Source: a virus. Taken from it: DNA of 64,000 bases. Location of the stretch: IMG/VR virus record IMGVR_UViG_3300009512_000010, positions 95,935-159,934 of that record; one strand, given 5' to 3'. The notes below the pieces were generated by a model, which was not told where the DNA came from, searched no databases, and saw only the letters and a list, made by a program, of their open reading frames with translations. Made by a program: the position numbers and the translations under genes. Shown piece after piece: positions 19,625 to 29,745 of this stretch; positions within the stretch are counted from its first letter, which is position 1; every line of letters begins with the position of its first letter.

Positions 19625-19909
19625 ATGACTATGATGAACACAGTACTTGACCAAATCAATCGTATGGACGCTTCAGAAATCAACCGTGTAGTTGAAGCGA
19701 TCAAATCTCGCCGCAACTCACTGTCTTATGCCACAAACGCTACCTTGCGTGTTGGCGATATTGTCTCTTGGATGCGCCGTGATGGAAGCACTGTAACAGG
19801 ATCTGTTAAGAAAGTTAATCAGAAAACAGTTATAGTAAATGAACGTAATAACCCCAATGTTTGGAAAGTATCTTCAAGCATGCTTACTCCACTGTCTATA
19901 GGTGGATAA
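19625..19909 (+). CDS. Small hypothetical protein with SH3/KOW-like C-terminal half
   Basis: LRVGDIVSW...TGSVKKVNQKTVIV...WKVSSSML; GAGAG SD before the ATG at 19625 (the track starts at 19607). Confidence 0.6.
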   Translation: MTMMNTVLDQINRMDASEINRVVEAIKSRRNSLSYATNATLRVGDIVSWMRRDGSTVTGSVKKVNQKTVIVNERNNPNVWKVSSSMLTPLSIGG

Positions 19910-20373
19910 TGACATTTGACGAATTCTTCGACTTCTTGATGAGTGAAGAATGTTTTAATGACTGTTCGGTCTCCTTTATTAACAATAGAGGAGAACAACA
20001 GTACATAGAGCATGACGATTTATTTGCATATAGGGGCAAGGTGGTTGATCTTTGGTTTAGTGGAGATGATACGATTAAGGTAGAGGGATATGAACGTATC
20101 CAACCTTATGATGGGACTATCCATATATTCTATGCTCCTACAAATGCTCCTTCATTTCCTGTACATACAGATCCTATAGATATCTATATCGAATGCCTTG
20201 ATGGGCGTAAGATAATGGAAATTGACGACCAATACGTGATGATAGAAAAGGGAACGAAGATCTTTATTCCCGCAGACACACCACACGTTGCGCTCAACTC
20301 AGAGAAAGCATTGACATTAAGCTATGGCATTAACGACACAAACACATTCGGTAATCTACGTAAAGACTACTGA
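19909..20373 (+). CDS. JmjC/cupin-4-like Fe/2OG oxygenase
   Basis: FPVHTDPIDIYIECLDGRK...IFIPADTPHVA gives an HxD...H triad; start at MTFDEF by TAATG coupling (the track gives 19861). Confidence 0.7.
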   Translation: MTFDEFFDFLMSEECFNDCSVSFINNRGEQQYIEHDDLFAYRGKVVDLWFSGDDTIKVEGYERIQPYDGTIHIFYAPTNAPSFPVHTDPIDIYIECLDGRKIMEIDDQYVMIEKGTKIFIPADTPHVALNSEKALTLSYGINDTNTFGNLRKDY

Positions 20374-21355
20374 AACTTGTAATCTTAATTGCAGTCACTG
20401 TTTTACTTCTGGTATGAATGGGCGTAAGATCTATTTTGATCACGTGAAGACCGCAAATTGGTGTAACGAACTCGACACTGGCTCTAACCAGATCCATTTA
20501 GAGTACCATGGTGGTGAGCCTATGCTTGCGCCCATGGCACACCTACGAGAATTCCATGACATCACTAAAGCTCAATGGGGTGATCGTGCAACTCATGGTA
20601 TCACAACAAATCTTGTGTTTAAGCTTACCGAAGAGAAACTTGCATTCTTTAGTGAAATCATTACAGGTGGTAACATCGGCACCTCATGGGATCCTAATAT
20701 TCGTTTTACTAACGAACATCAAAGGAAGATGTGGGAAAATAATGTTAAGCAGTTGACAGGACTTGGGCATAGTGTCAAGTGCTTTATCTCTGTATCTAAG
20801 GATGTTATTAAACTACAACCGTTGGAGATTGCTGATTATATGGAGTCTCTTGGTGTTGCTGAGATCTCTTATGAACGACTTACCCATGATGGTAATGCCA
20901 CAATCAATACGGACATCTTTCCTCATAACTCTGAACTAGATGCTTGGTGGATGCTGATGCATGAACAAACTCAAGATCACCCTGTAGAAAACGGCTTTAT
21001 GGGATCCATCTACGACAAGTTCAACAAAGGGCAGTTCCAGATCGGCACATTCTGTCGTGATTGCGAACAAAAGATCCACACTATTAATGCAGACGGTACT
21101 GTCGCAGGCTGTCCTAACACCGCACCAACCATGCATTATGGTCATATAGATACACCAGCAAAGGAAGTAAGATTAAGTCCTAAGCGTATGGAGATCATAT
21201 CTTGTGAACAGCATGAACGTGATGAACGGTGTTACAAATGTCCAGTCTTTATGTATTGCCATTCTGACTGTCATCAGTTACAATGGATGGATGATGTGTG
21301 CCCTGCGCCTAAAACATTGATGATGAAGTTAGCGAAAGAGAAGAAATGGATTTAA
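20324..21355 (+). CDS. Radical SAM/SPASM protein
   Basis: CNLNCSHC, YHGGEPML, C-terminal C..C...GC...CYKCPVFMYCHSDC...C. Confidence 0.9.
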   Translation: MALTTQTHSVIYVKTTETCNLNCSHCFTSGMNGRKIYFDHVKTANWCNELDTGSNQIHLEYHGGEPMLAPMAHLREFHDITKAQWGDRATHGITTNLVFKLTEEKLAFFSEIITGGNIGTSWDPNIRFTNEHQRKMWENNVKQLTGLGHSVKCFISVSKDVIKLQPLEIADYMESLGVAEISYERLTHDGNATINTDIFPHNSELDAWWMLMHEQTQDHPVENGFMGSIYDKFNKGQFQIGTFCRDCEQKIHTINADGTVAGCPNTAPTMHYGHIDTPAKEVRLSPKRMEIISCEQHERDERCYKCPVFMYCHSDCHQLQWMDDVCPAPKTLMMKLAKEKKWI

Positions 21356-22383
21356 TCGTAAAGCCAACCGAAGCGTGTAACTTCAAGTGTACATTTTGCT
21401 CGTCAACAGATATCGATCCCAATGAGGTTGGTCTGTTAGACTTGAGCTATATCTATAGGTTCTTAGAAAGGTTTCCAGAGACTAACACAATTATTGTTAA
21501 TGGTGGTGACCCTCTTATGGTCAAGCCACAGTATTATCAAGATCTAATTGACCACCTTAATGAGCATGATTACCCAGCAAGCATTAGCTTTACGTCCAAC
21601 CTTTGGCCTTTCCTAATGAAACCTAAGAAGTGGTTACCCATCTTTCAGAACGAACGATTTGGTTGTGCCACATCATTTCAGTATGGTGGCGGTAGACTAA
21701 AAGGCGATTATTCAGAGTTCACAGAGGCAGACTTTTGGATGGTGTCTAATGCCATGTTGAAGCATACAGGTGAACGTCCAGATTTTATCGCAGTTATTAC
21801 AGAAGAGAATGAGCATCTCGCCATTAAGAATGTAGAACTAGCAAAAGAGATGGGCGTCGAGTGTAAGTTGAACTATGCTATGGCTTCTGGTGTACAGGGA
21901 TCTACGTATCAATTAAGCAAGATCTACGAAACATATCTTGAGATTTATGACCGTGGTCTAGCCGATCATGAGTTCAACACTAAGCAAATGATGAAACGTC
22001 TTGGGGGATCTTCTACATCATGCCCACAGAATAGAGCGTGTGATGAAGGTATCCGTGCATTTAACCCAGGAGGTGATTACTACTCTTGTGGTTCATTTGC
22101 AGATGATATGGATTATCCTATCGACTTCGAAACTGAGATGGCAGGAAAGTTGCAAACACCACTGCAACACGACCCCAACATTCAGACAATGAAGATGGCT
22201 TGTTACACATGCCCTATGTTTGAAATCTGCAATGGTTGTAAGAAAACTGTGCGTGATATGAAACGTGAAGGTACTGTTGAAGGTCATTGTAGGCAGATGA
22301 AAGCATTGGCACCTCGTATCCTTGCTACCAATAATATGAGTCCTGATGGAGTGACGCCCTATGTCGATGAATCTATCAATTAA
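21346..22383 (+). CDS. Radical SAM/SPASM protein
   Basis: CNFKCTFC, NGGDPL, C-terminal YYSCG...CYTCPMFEICNGC...HC. Confidence 0.9.
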   Translation: MDLIVKPTEACNFKCTFCSSTDIDPNEVGLLDLSYIYRFLERFPETNTIIVNGGDPLMVKPQYYQDLIDHLNEHDYPASISFTSNLWPFLMKPKKWLPIFQNERFGCATSFQYGGGRLKGDYSEFTEADFWMVSNAMLKHTGERPDFIAVITEENEHLAIKNVELAKEMGVECKLNYAMASGVQGSTYQLSKIYETYLEIYDRGLADHEFNTKQMMKRLGGSSTSCPQNRACDEGIRAFNPGGDYYSCGSFADDMDYPIDFETEMAGKLQTPLQHDPNIQTMKMACYTCPMFEICNGCKKTVRDMKREGTVEGHCRQMKALAPRILATNNMSPDGVTPYVDESIN

Positions 22384-23290
22384 CCCAACTTACTATTGTA
22401 ACTTCTCTTGCGACTTTTGTTACTTGACAAAGCAACAGTTAAATGATAGACACAAGATAAACCCAATGTGGTTACAACATTCTATGGGTCAAATAACAGA
22501 TCCTATAACTCATGTTGATTTATATGGCGGTGAGATTGGATTACTAACACCAGAGTATTATTATTCGATCAAAGAGGTGATTAGGAGATACTATGGTGGT
22601 AGTATCCACATCAACACAAATCTGTCAGCATTTCCAGACTTCTTCCGTGATGATGATGTTACCCTATCGGTATCTTATGACTTCCACGCAAGAGAGAAAG
22701 AACAGTTTGTTCTAAATAACATGATGAATGCTAATAAGGATCTTGCTGTCCTTATCCTTGCATCGCCTAAAGTATTGAAGATGGATGTGGAGTTTATGAT
22801 CTTCACTCTTAACATGGTTTCTAATGTCAAGTCGGTAGAGATCAAGCCTTACTCTATCAACCAAGCCAATGCATTTGATGTTACTCATAAAGACTTTGAG
22901 GACTTCGTTATTAGGTTTGATGAGGCTAAGACTAAGAAGAACTTTGACTTCCAAAACATACACAACATTTATAGAAGTATAGATAAAGAGTACAATGCCT
23001 TTTCCAATGACCACGTCTATATCACACCATCTGGTAAGTTTGGCGTATTGGAGTTTGATAAGCATGATAAAGAGTACTTCAAGGAGTATAGCACATATTA
23101 TGAATATAAACAATGGGCAGATAACGAAGCTGTTGATAATCTTAGCGACATTTGTCGTAGCTGTACCTATTTCGGTACATGTCTTACCGAGCACTATCGG
23201 TACGTATTGGATTTAGACAACAGTTGCAATGGATATAAAGGATTACTAGATTACTATGGAAAATTGGAAAGCGAGACAGAAGGCGTATAA
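22361..23290 (+). CDS. Radical SAM protein with C-terminal Cys cluster
   Basis: CNFSCDFC, LYGGEI, CRSCTYFGTC...SC. Confidence 0.88.
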   Translation: MSMNLSINPTYYCNFSCDFCYLTKQQLNDRHKINPMWLQHSMGQITDPITHVDLYGGEIGLLTPEYYYSIKEVIRRYYGGSIHINTNLSAFPDFFRDDDVTLSVSYDFHAREKEQFVLNNMMNANKDLAVLILASPKVLKMDVEFMIFTLNMVSNVKSVEIKPYSINQANAFDVTHKDFEDFVIRFDEAKTKKNFDFQNIHNIYRSIDKEYNAFSNDHVYITPSGKFGVLEFDKHDKEYFKEYSTYYEYKQWADNEAVDNLSDICRSCTYFGTCLTEHYRYVLDLDNSCNGYKGLLDYYGKLESETEGV

Positions 23291-23654
23291 TCATATGACA
23301 ACAAACCACCGTGACGATTTGACGGATGTTGATGTATTGAATAGGCCAGAATTTATTGTAGAAGATGCTTTGATGCACTTCGATAAGAGAGTGGATCAGT
23401 GGATCTACCCAGCGAAGTCGTTCTTCGTTGCAATCTGCTATGCCAATTGGATAGCCGAAGACTTTGGTGAGCAGTTCTATGATGTACTAAACTATAACGA
23501 ATTACTACCAGACGATCCACACTTCCTACCATATGAGAGAAGTAAAGAGATCTATGATGAGATCCTTTCTAAAGTTAATTTTGATAATACTAATGGTATG
23601 GTTCCAGATGTCTATGAGTATTACCAAGAGGAATTCATGATTGGACAACTTTGA
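23256..23654 (+). CDS. Hypothetical protein within radical SAM operon
   Basis: 132-aa acidic ORF overlapping both neighbours; WIYPAKS motif; no family recognised. Confidence 0.7.
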   Translation: MENWKARQKAYNHMTTNHRDDLTDVDVLNRPEFIVEDALMHFDKRVDQWIYPAKSFFVAICYANWIAEDFGEQFYDVLNYNELLPDDPHFLPYERSKEIYDEILSKVNFDNTNGMVPDVYEYYQEEFMIGQL

Positions 23655-24723
23655 CTTCACCAAACAGCTACTGGAATCTAAACGTCCAGACATAGCCGAG
23701 ATTGAGATGACACTCTTTGAGAACTGTCACCTCAACTGTTCTTTTTGTCACCACGACAAGAAGTCTACAGTAGGCTTGTCTCGTGAAGAGATCTTCTCCA
23801 AGATCCCTCTAGTAGAAGAGCATGTTATTAAGATGAAGAACCGTGCAGACGTTATTCAGATCAATATGCTTGGTGGAGAATTGTTTCAAGACCGAATATC
23901 TGAGTGGGCTTATGAGGTCTACTACGACTTCTTAGTTGAGATTAAGAAGATCTATGATGAACATAAGCAGAACATTAAAGTAGTTTGGGTAACATCCTTT
24001 CAGTTTAGTAAACGTGAGAGAGTTCAAAAACTACTTGATGATTTGAATGCAATAGACATTCCATCCTATATTATCTGTTCTTATGACTTTGATGGTAGAC
24101 CTGTCAAAGGACCTTATGGCAAGAACATAGAATACTTTGCTGATTATATCACATCTATTAATATGGTTGCAACCACTATTTCTATTAAAAAGTTTATGGC
24201 AGATGAGGACGAGTACTTTCACTATCTGTATAATAAGTTTGATAACTTCTACTTTGATGATTACATTCCTGATCGTGGTTATGACTATATGATCCCATCA
24301 GATAGTGAGTATCTTGAGTTCCTAAAGTTTGTGTATCATAACTATCCAGACATCAATCCTATCAAGGATCTGATCTATAACGAAACAAATCATATGCATT
24401 GCTTGGCTCTTAACAAGGTTACAATCTTTCCTGATAACTCTACATCAAACTGTAGATGGGATAGATATGACCAACGTGACTTCAACACGAAGTATGAGCC
24501 TAAAGATAATGCTGGTATGATGCAAGCTTATATGGATGAGAATGGTTGCTTGTCATGTAAGTGGTACAACAAGTGTGGCTTTAGATGTTATACACAATGG
24601 GATTGGAAGAACCGTGAACGAGATCTGCCCGACTGTATAATGCGCATGTGGTTTAACTACATGGACAAGACAGGACAAAACCAAATCACAGGATTTGATT
24701 ACGTGGGAACAAACACTCCGTAA
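23641..24723 (+). CDS. Radical SAM protein with SPASM-like C-terminus
   Basis: CHLNCSFC, MLGGELF, HC...NC...CLSCKWYNKCGFRC...DC. Confidence 0.88.
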   Translation: MDNFDFTKQLLESKRPDIAEIEMTLFENCHLNCSFCHHDKKSTVGLSREEIFSKIPLVEEHVIKMKNRADVIQINMLGGELFQDRISEWAYEVYYDFLVEIKKIYDEHKQNIKVVWVTSFQFSKRERVQKLLDDLNAIDIPSYIICSYDFDGRPVKGPYGKNIEYFADYITSINMVATTISIKKFMADEDEYFHYLYNKFDNFYFDDYIPDRGYDYMIPSDSEYLEFLKFVYHNYPDINPIKDLIYNETNHMHCLALNKVTIFPDNSTSNCRWDRYDQRDFNTKYEPKDNAGMMQAYMDENGCLSCKWYNKCGFRCYTQWDWKNRERDLPDCIMRMWFNYMDKTGQNQITGFDYVGTNTP

Positions 24724-25708
24724 CACCGTGATGCTCCATGTAGGATTGCACACCCTTATCGATACACGTCATCATATGAGCACATCCAGAACAACTATCT
24801 GTATTGGCAGTGTATGCTAATTGCGACCCAAAGTTGTCGCTTTTGGCACTTATCCAAGATTCAATATCATTCTCATCATGTACTTTAAACTTGTCTGTGC
24901 CTATCTTAACAATATCGTAGACGAATGGTGTCCAGAAGAAGTTGCCATTACAGTATGTGTAGTTAAGTTCTAAGGATCCGCCCTGTGCTTGATCGATGAT
25001 AGTAGAGGGAAAAGCGTCTTCTGCCCAATCATCTAGCTTCTTCCACTTGTCTATTAGATGTTTCTGTACCTTAAACTTATCCGCTCTAAGAAACGATGGG
25101 TTAAGAGTTAAGATCGTGTCAAACTCATCGTCAGCAATATCTGAGAACTCTATGACTTTGGCATTGGTCTTATCGTCATTACCCATATTCATTACAAGAT
25201 AGTAATTCAGATCGTCATCGAATAGGTTTAGCTTATCGATCATATCTTTGTATCCATGGGGGAACTTTTTAGGATCGATTGCTATGTTAGCATCGTACAT
25301 GAACCCATCTATTTTGGGTATGCTGTTAAGTAATTCGATAACCTCCGTTGAGATGTTGGTTAGAGTCGTCACGAATTGTATAGTAGAAACCTTACTCAAA
25401 CACTCTCGAAATGTTTCATCTCGCAATAACTCTATGACGTTGTTGTTGCCGAATAGATCAGTTGGTCCGATATTGATAGTGGAAACCCTATACCCATTAT
25501 TATTGAACAAGTCAATAGCATTGTTTAATCTTTCGTAGGATCCCATGTTAGTGCCTAGTTTGTTTACAAAACAACCCACACACTTGAACTCACATCCTGA
25601 CAGAACTTCAGCATTGAATATAACCTTGATCTCGTGTCCTTCGTTAAAGGATAGATCAAAGTCTGCATCAGCCTGAGCTTCTTTCTTGTTGTTAGTAACT
25701 ATTCCCAT
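24686..25708 (-). CDS. Radical SAM-like protein, IGPTD family paralogue 5
   Basis: GCEFKCVGCFV, NIGPTDLFG, CSGCAHMMTC...ECL; start MGIVTN at 25708 (the track gives 25741). Confidence 0.8.
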   Translation of the reverse strand: MGIVTNNKKEAQADADFDLSFNEGHEIKVIFNAEVLSGCEFKCVGCFVNKLGTNMGSYERLNNAIDLFNNNGYRVSTINIGPTDLFGNNNVIELLRDETFRECLSKVSTIQFVTTLTNISTEVIELLNSIPKIDGFMYDANIAIDPKKFPHGYKDMIDKLNLFDDDLNYYLVMNMGNDDKTNAKVIEFSDIADDEFDTILTLNPSFLRADKFKVQKHLIDKWKKLDDWAEDAFPSTIIDQAQGGSLELNYTYCNGNFFWTPFVYDIVKIGTDKFKVHDENDIESWISAKSDNFGSQLAYTANTDSCSGCAHMMTCIDKGVQSYMEHHGVTECLFPRNQIL

Positions 25709-26825
25709 GGTAATCCTCGTTATCGAATAGAGCAATAACATCTTTGTTTAATATACATTCAGATCTTCCCTCAAACATCGTATCCATAACTTTGGGTATC
25801 AATCTGTTGGAGCACACGTTGAGGTACTTACACGTTCCGCATTCTTTATTAGAACTATTTATTATCTGATCTGTAACGACTTGGTGTTTGTAATTTAAGA
25901 TACCTTCTACTGTATGTGTAGTGATCTCGAAGTCATCTTTATAGATCTGAGCATTCTCATAGATGAATGGTGACGCATATAGTTTGCCGTTGTGGATGTT
26001 CACCACCGCATAGTGAAATGCTTTGTGAGATAGATCCCCCTGTAAGAAGTGAAACTTGTTCTTAAAACGATTGACATCACTAGACAAGTTTGTCAACATA
26101 TCATTCCAAGCGAATAGTTTGTCTCCATGCTTGGTAGAATGGTTAAAGGATCTGACAACAGAGGGTAAGATTTCAATGACCGTGTCGTAGGTTTCACGTA
26201 TGTAGTCGATAGCTTCGTATAGCCTGTCTTCGATACCCTCTACAATGTTAGTTGCCATAGAGATCTCAAAGTCCAACGAACTCTCTTTGAAGTTCATCAC
26301 TCTGTTTCTCAATGCTTTCCTGTATCTTTTATCATCCAATACACGCACAAGATCTAAAGCAATCTGCACATCCCAAGACTCAACAACCTTACCAAGAGGA
26401 GACTTTTCGATAGCCTTGATCTTACCTAGAATATCATCTTCCGATAGAGACCCCATGATAGAACAGTTATGTTGAATGTTTCTATTACCTTCTGGTATCA
26501 TAGAGATGGCATCAGATAATCTGGCATTGTGTATGATTTCTTCTAGGTTTTCTGCACCATAGAAGTCTGTAGGTCCGATAACAATATCGTCTAACACGAC
26601 ATCAGTTCTACCATGTAATTCGTATGCCAGATTGTGAAACATCTTAATTGACTTGGGATTCCAATTACCTCTACGTTTAACAAAACAACCAGGACACATG
26701 TAAGAGCACCCTTCAAGTAATTCTAAAGTAACTTGGATCTTGTACTGCGTCATTGAGGATACTGAAGTAAACTCTTCTCCCACACCACCGTGCTTAACAA
26801 TGTCTTTCCAACTATTATTTAACAT
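25692..26825 (-). CDS. Radical SAM-like protein, IGPTD family paralogue 4
   Basis: GCSYMCPGCFV, VIGPTDFYG, CGTCKYLNVC...ECI. Confidence 0.8.
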   Translation of the reverse strand: MLNNSWKDIVKHGGVGEEFTSVSSMTQYKIQVTLELLEGCSYMCPGCFVKRRGNWNPKSIKMFHNLAYELHGRTDVVLDDIVIGPTDFYGAENLEEIIHNARLSDAISMIPEGNRNIQHNCSIMGSLSEDDILGKIKAIEKSPLGKVVESWDVQIALDLVRVLDDKRYRKALRNRVMNFKESSLDFEISMATNIVEGIEDRLYEAIDYIRETYDTVIEILPSVVRSFNHSTKHGDKLFAWNDMLTNLSSDVNRFKNKFHFLQGDLSHKAFHYAVVNIHNGKLYASPFIYENAQIYKDDFEITTHTVEGILNYKHQVVTDQIINSSNKECGTCKYLNVCSNRLIPKVMDTMFEGRSECILNKDVIALFDNEDYHGNSY

Positions 26826-27978
26826 AGGAGATGTCCTTAATTCGTTCTAGTTCTGGATCGTCATCTGTTGTAACAAGAAACCTCTTACGATAACCCTTCT
26901 TATCGTTTTCAACAGAATAGTCATCCCACTGATACATCTTCTGAGCAGGTGCATTATAGTTATGTATATGTTCCATCATATTCTGCTTAGGAGCAATACA
27001 ACGATCAACTCCAAGGTAATCTCTGAGTAGAATAATCTTTCTATTGTAACAAGACATCATCAAGGGACAAGTTTCGCACTCTGTGCCCTTGACCCTTTCC
27101 AACTGAGATTGTACAATAGGAAGCACATCGTCAAAGTTATCCACTTTAAACATCTCATGGTACAATGCCATGTTTTCGTACATAAACGGCGAAATGAACC
27201 ATTCGCCCTTTTTATAGTTTAGTACGGTATAGTTCATGCCACCGTGTGAGTGGTCTACCATTATGTTATTTAATTCTGTTTCTTTATAAGCACTTAGCTC
27301 GTTAAAGAAGTCATTAAACTTGTCTAATGTATCTAATATTAGTTTAGGCTTGTGAGAACGTGAAACAGACGGTACAAAGTCTAATATCGTTTTAAAGCGT
27401 TCTATTGCACTTTTATGCAGTTTAACGTAGTCTAGGCCATAATCACGTATATTGACCACAAACGTATATGTCACTTCATGTTCTAGGTTTTTATCAATGT
27501 ACTCCAACATCTTGTGAATATGCTGTACATAATCCTCATCAAAGAACTTGTTAACATTCGTTGCGATACCAATTTCAATCTCAGTATCTATGTTAATATT
27601 ATTTGTTATGAAAGCAACCCATCGTGGAAGATCCCCATCAATCAGTGTGCTGACAAATGCAAGAATGGGTGAGTTCTCATTAATGATATCGACTAGAGAT
27701 GGCATGACCTCATAGAAGTTTTCGGACGCAAGAAAGTCTGTAGGTCCGATAAGGATCTCGTCAACCAAGATGCCTCTATCAGTTATGTCTCGTATGAAGT
27801 CTTTGGCTTTATGGATCTGATGTTCATCACTAGCATTACCTCTGCGATGCACAAAACATCCCGGACATTTGTGATGACAACCATCTAGGATATCAAGCTG
27901 AAGTTTAACCGCCGAGACTGGTTTAGTTTGCGTCTCTGTGGTTAGCTCGTAATATAAGTTGTTCTTAATTAACGGCAT
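26815..27978 (-). CDS. Radical SAM-like protein, IGPTD family paralogue 3
   Basis: GCHHKCPGCFV, LIGPTDFLA, CETCPLMMSC...RCI. Confidence 0.8.
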   Translation of the reverse strand: MPLIKNNLYYELTTETQTKPVSAVKLQLDILDGCHHKCPGCFVHRRGNASDEHQIHKAKDFIRDITDRGILVDEILIGPTDFLASENFYEVMPSLVDIINENSPILAFVSTLIDGDLPRWVAFITNNINIDTEIEIGIATNVNKFFDEDYVQHIHKMLEYIDKNLEHEVTYTFVVNIRDYGLDYVKLHKSAIERFKTILDFVPSVSRSHKPKLILDTLDKFNDFFNELSAYKETELNNIMVDHSHGGMNYTVLNYKKGEWFISPFMYENMALYHEMFKVDNFDDVLPIVQSQLERVKGTECETCPLMMSCYNRKIILLRDYLGVDRCIAPKQNMMEHIHNYNAPAQKMYQWDDYSVENDKKGYRKRFLVTTDDDPELERIKDISYVK

Positions 27979-28990
27979 GCATATATTCTTTCAAGGCAAC
28001 ACAAGTGTTCAACTTCCTTGACTTCATATACACGTGTATGTTTCTTTCTGCGCAACTCATTAGGTATTCGCATGTGTTACAATCGTCTACTGTCTTTGCA
28101 TACTCTAGGTTAGTGCCCAACCATTCCTGATCCATTGTAGTTTGAAACTCAGGTGTTCTCTGAATGATTGCGTCATATAAAAATGGATTGATGTATAATT
28201 TGCCGTTGTAGAAACTATAGTTCTGACAGCCATATCCATTAAACCTAGCATCAAAGAATGTGTATAAGTTCCTCCACTCATCATTTATCTTCTGCTTACG
28301 CAGATCTGCCCTAAACATATCAAGAAACTTATTGACCTTACCACGTGCATTCTTGTCTGTCAAGAAAGAAGGTGCGATGACTATGGGTGCGTTAAAGTCT
28401 TCCTTGACTTTGGCACACAGATCATTATATCCTATTCTGTCAAACAAATCAGGAGTGTAGTTAACTCTGAACTGAACAGATCCAATGGTAAACATCTTTA
28501 TGTTTTCAAGGAAGTTGGGGTCAAGGTCATCATCAAGATACGCCTCAACATCTAACACAATCTTAAAGTCGATATCTGGAATTCTATTGATGTTACGATA
28601 GATCTGCCAAATCATATCAAGTTTAGGCTTGACAACCTTTGGGTCTTGTAATAGTGTAGATGTAAATCCGACACCACTTATAGCATACAGGTCTGTCATC
28701 GATGGGTGTGTCATCACCTCATCAAAGTTCTGAGCATCAAAGATGTCAGTTGGACCTATAGTAATTTCATCTGGATAGAACTGTCCCTTACACAACTCAT
28801 CGTATAGAGTAGCCATGTGATCAGGTGATGTCAAGTTCTTTCTTGGGATAAAGCATCCGGGACACATCTGATCACAACCATGGAGAATATCCAAGTTGAT
28901 CTCTGTGCGTAGGAAATCGGTATTAACAGGGCTTATGCCATGAACGTAACGATAGTACCCTGCTTCTGTTGCATTAAGCTTTGTTATCAT
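27965..28990 (-). CDS. Radical SAM-like protein, IGPTD family paralogue 2
   Basis: GCDQMCPGCFI, TIGPTDIFD, CNTCEYLMSC...TCV. Confidence 0.8.
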   Translation of the reverse strand: MITKLNATEAGYYRYVHGISPVNTDFLRTEINLDILHGCDQMCPGCFIPRKNLTSPDHMATLYDELCKGQFYPDEITIGPTDIFDAQNFDEVMTHPSMTDLYAISGVGFTSTLLQDPKVVKPKLDMIWQIYRNINRIPDIDFKIVLDVEAYLDDDLDPNFLENIKMFTIGSVQFRVNYTPDLFDRIGYNDLCAKVKEDFNAPIVIAPSFLTDKNARGKVNKFLDMFRADLRKQKINDEWRNLYTFFDARFNGYGCQNYSFYNGKLYINPFLYDAIIQRTPEFQTTMDQEWLGTNLEYAKTVDDCNTCEYLMSCAERNIHVYMKSRKLNTCVALKEYMHAVN

Positions 28991-29732
28991 CTAGAATCAA
29001 CATGAAATCGTCGGGAAAGAATGATACGATCTGATCCGTAATCTTAGTCTCACACATAATATGATAGAGATCTTTGCCGAAATATTTGGGGGAGTCGTTA
29101 AACACTTGTTTATTATATTCAATCGACAATCCGTTTTTACTCAAGATTAGTAGAAGCGCATCATAGCCTGTAGTGAGAAGTCTGGCAATATTAGGTCCAC
29201 ACGTAGCTGGTTTATCAACTACCTTGATGTCTTCAACCAGTTCTTTTAGATTTTTTTCGGTTAGCTTCATATCATCGTCAAGCCCATCGTATAGTTTAGT
29301 TAGGGCAAATGGTACTGAAGATGCAACTGTGGCGATTAAATCGTCAACCAATTGTTCATTATCTTCAATAAACTTATCGATAAGTTTTGGTGGGAACAGA
29401 TATAATAGTTGGCTCTCTTGTTCACCAATGTCATGTCTATATTTGAACTTAATAATAAGAACAATGATCCTAGCCAATAGAGGACAGTCAACCATAAAGT
29501 CTGATTTGATATACGCTTTAATCAAGTCTTCGTCAATAGAAGAGAACGTTGTCTTAAAGTTAGTGTTAGCCAAATAGATGATAATGTGCTGTGCAGACAA
29601 CTTCTCTTTACTCTTAGCATAATCAACCCAAAGAACGTATTCTTCAAGTTCACTCTTGTCTTTATAGATCTGTACTAAGTGTTGAGGAGATAGTGGTAAC
29701 TCATAACACGTACTCTCGTCTGGAGTTGTCAT
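28974..29732 (-). CDS. Hypothetical protein within radical SAM operon
   Basis: Start MTTPDES at 29732 with AAGGA SD (the track gives 29810); helical, no family recognised. Confidence 0.7.
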   Translation of the reverse strand: MTTPDESTCYELPLSPQHLVQIYKDKSELEEYVLWVDYAKSKEKLSAQHIIIYLANTNFKTTFSSIDEDLIKAYIKSDFMVDCPLLARIIVLIIKFKYRHDIGEQESQLLYLFPPKLIDKFIEDNEQLVDDLIATVASSVPFALTKLYDGLDDDMKLTEKNLKELVEDIKVVDKPATCGPNIARLLTTGYDALLLILSKNGLSIEYNKQVFNDSPKYFGKDLYHIMCETKITDQIVSFFPDDFMLILDDNKA

Positions 29733-29745
29733 AATATAGTATTCC

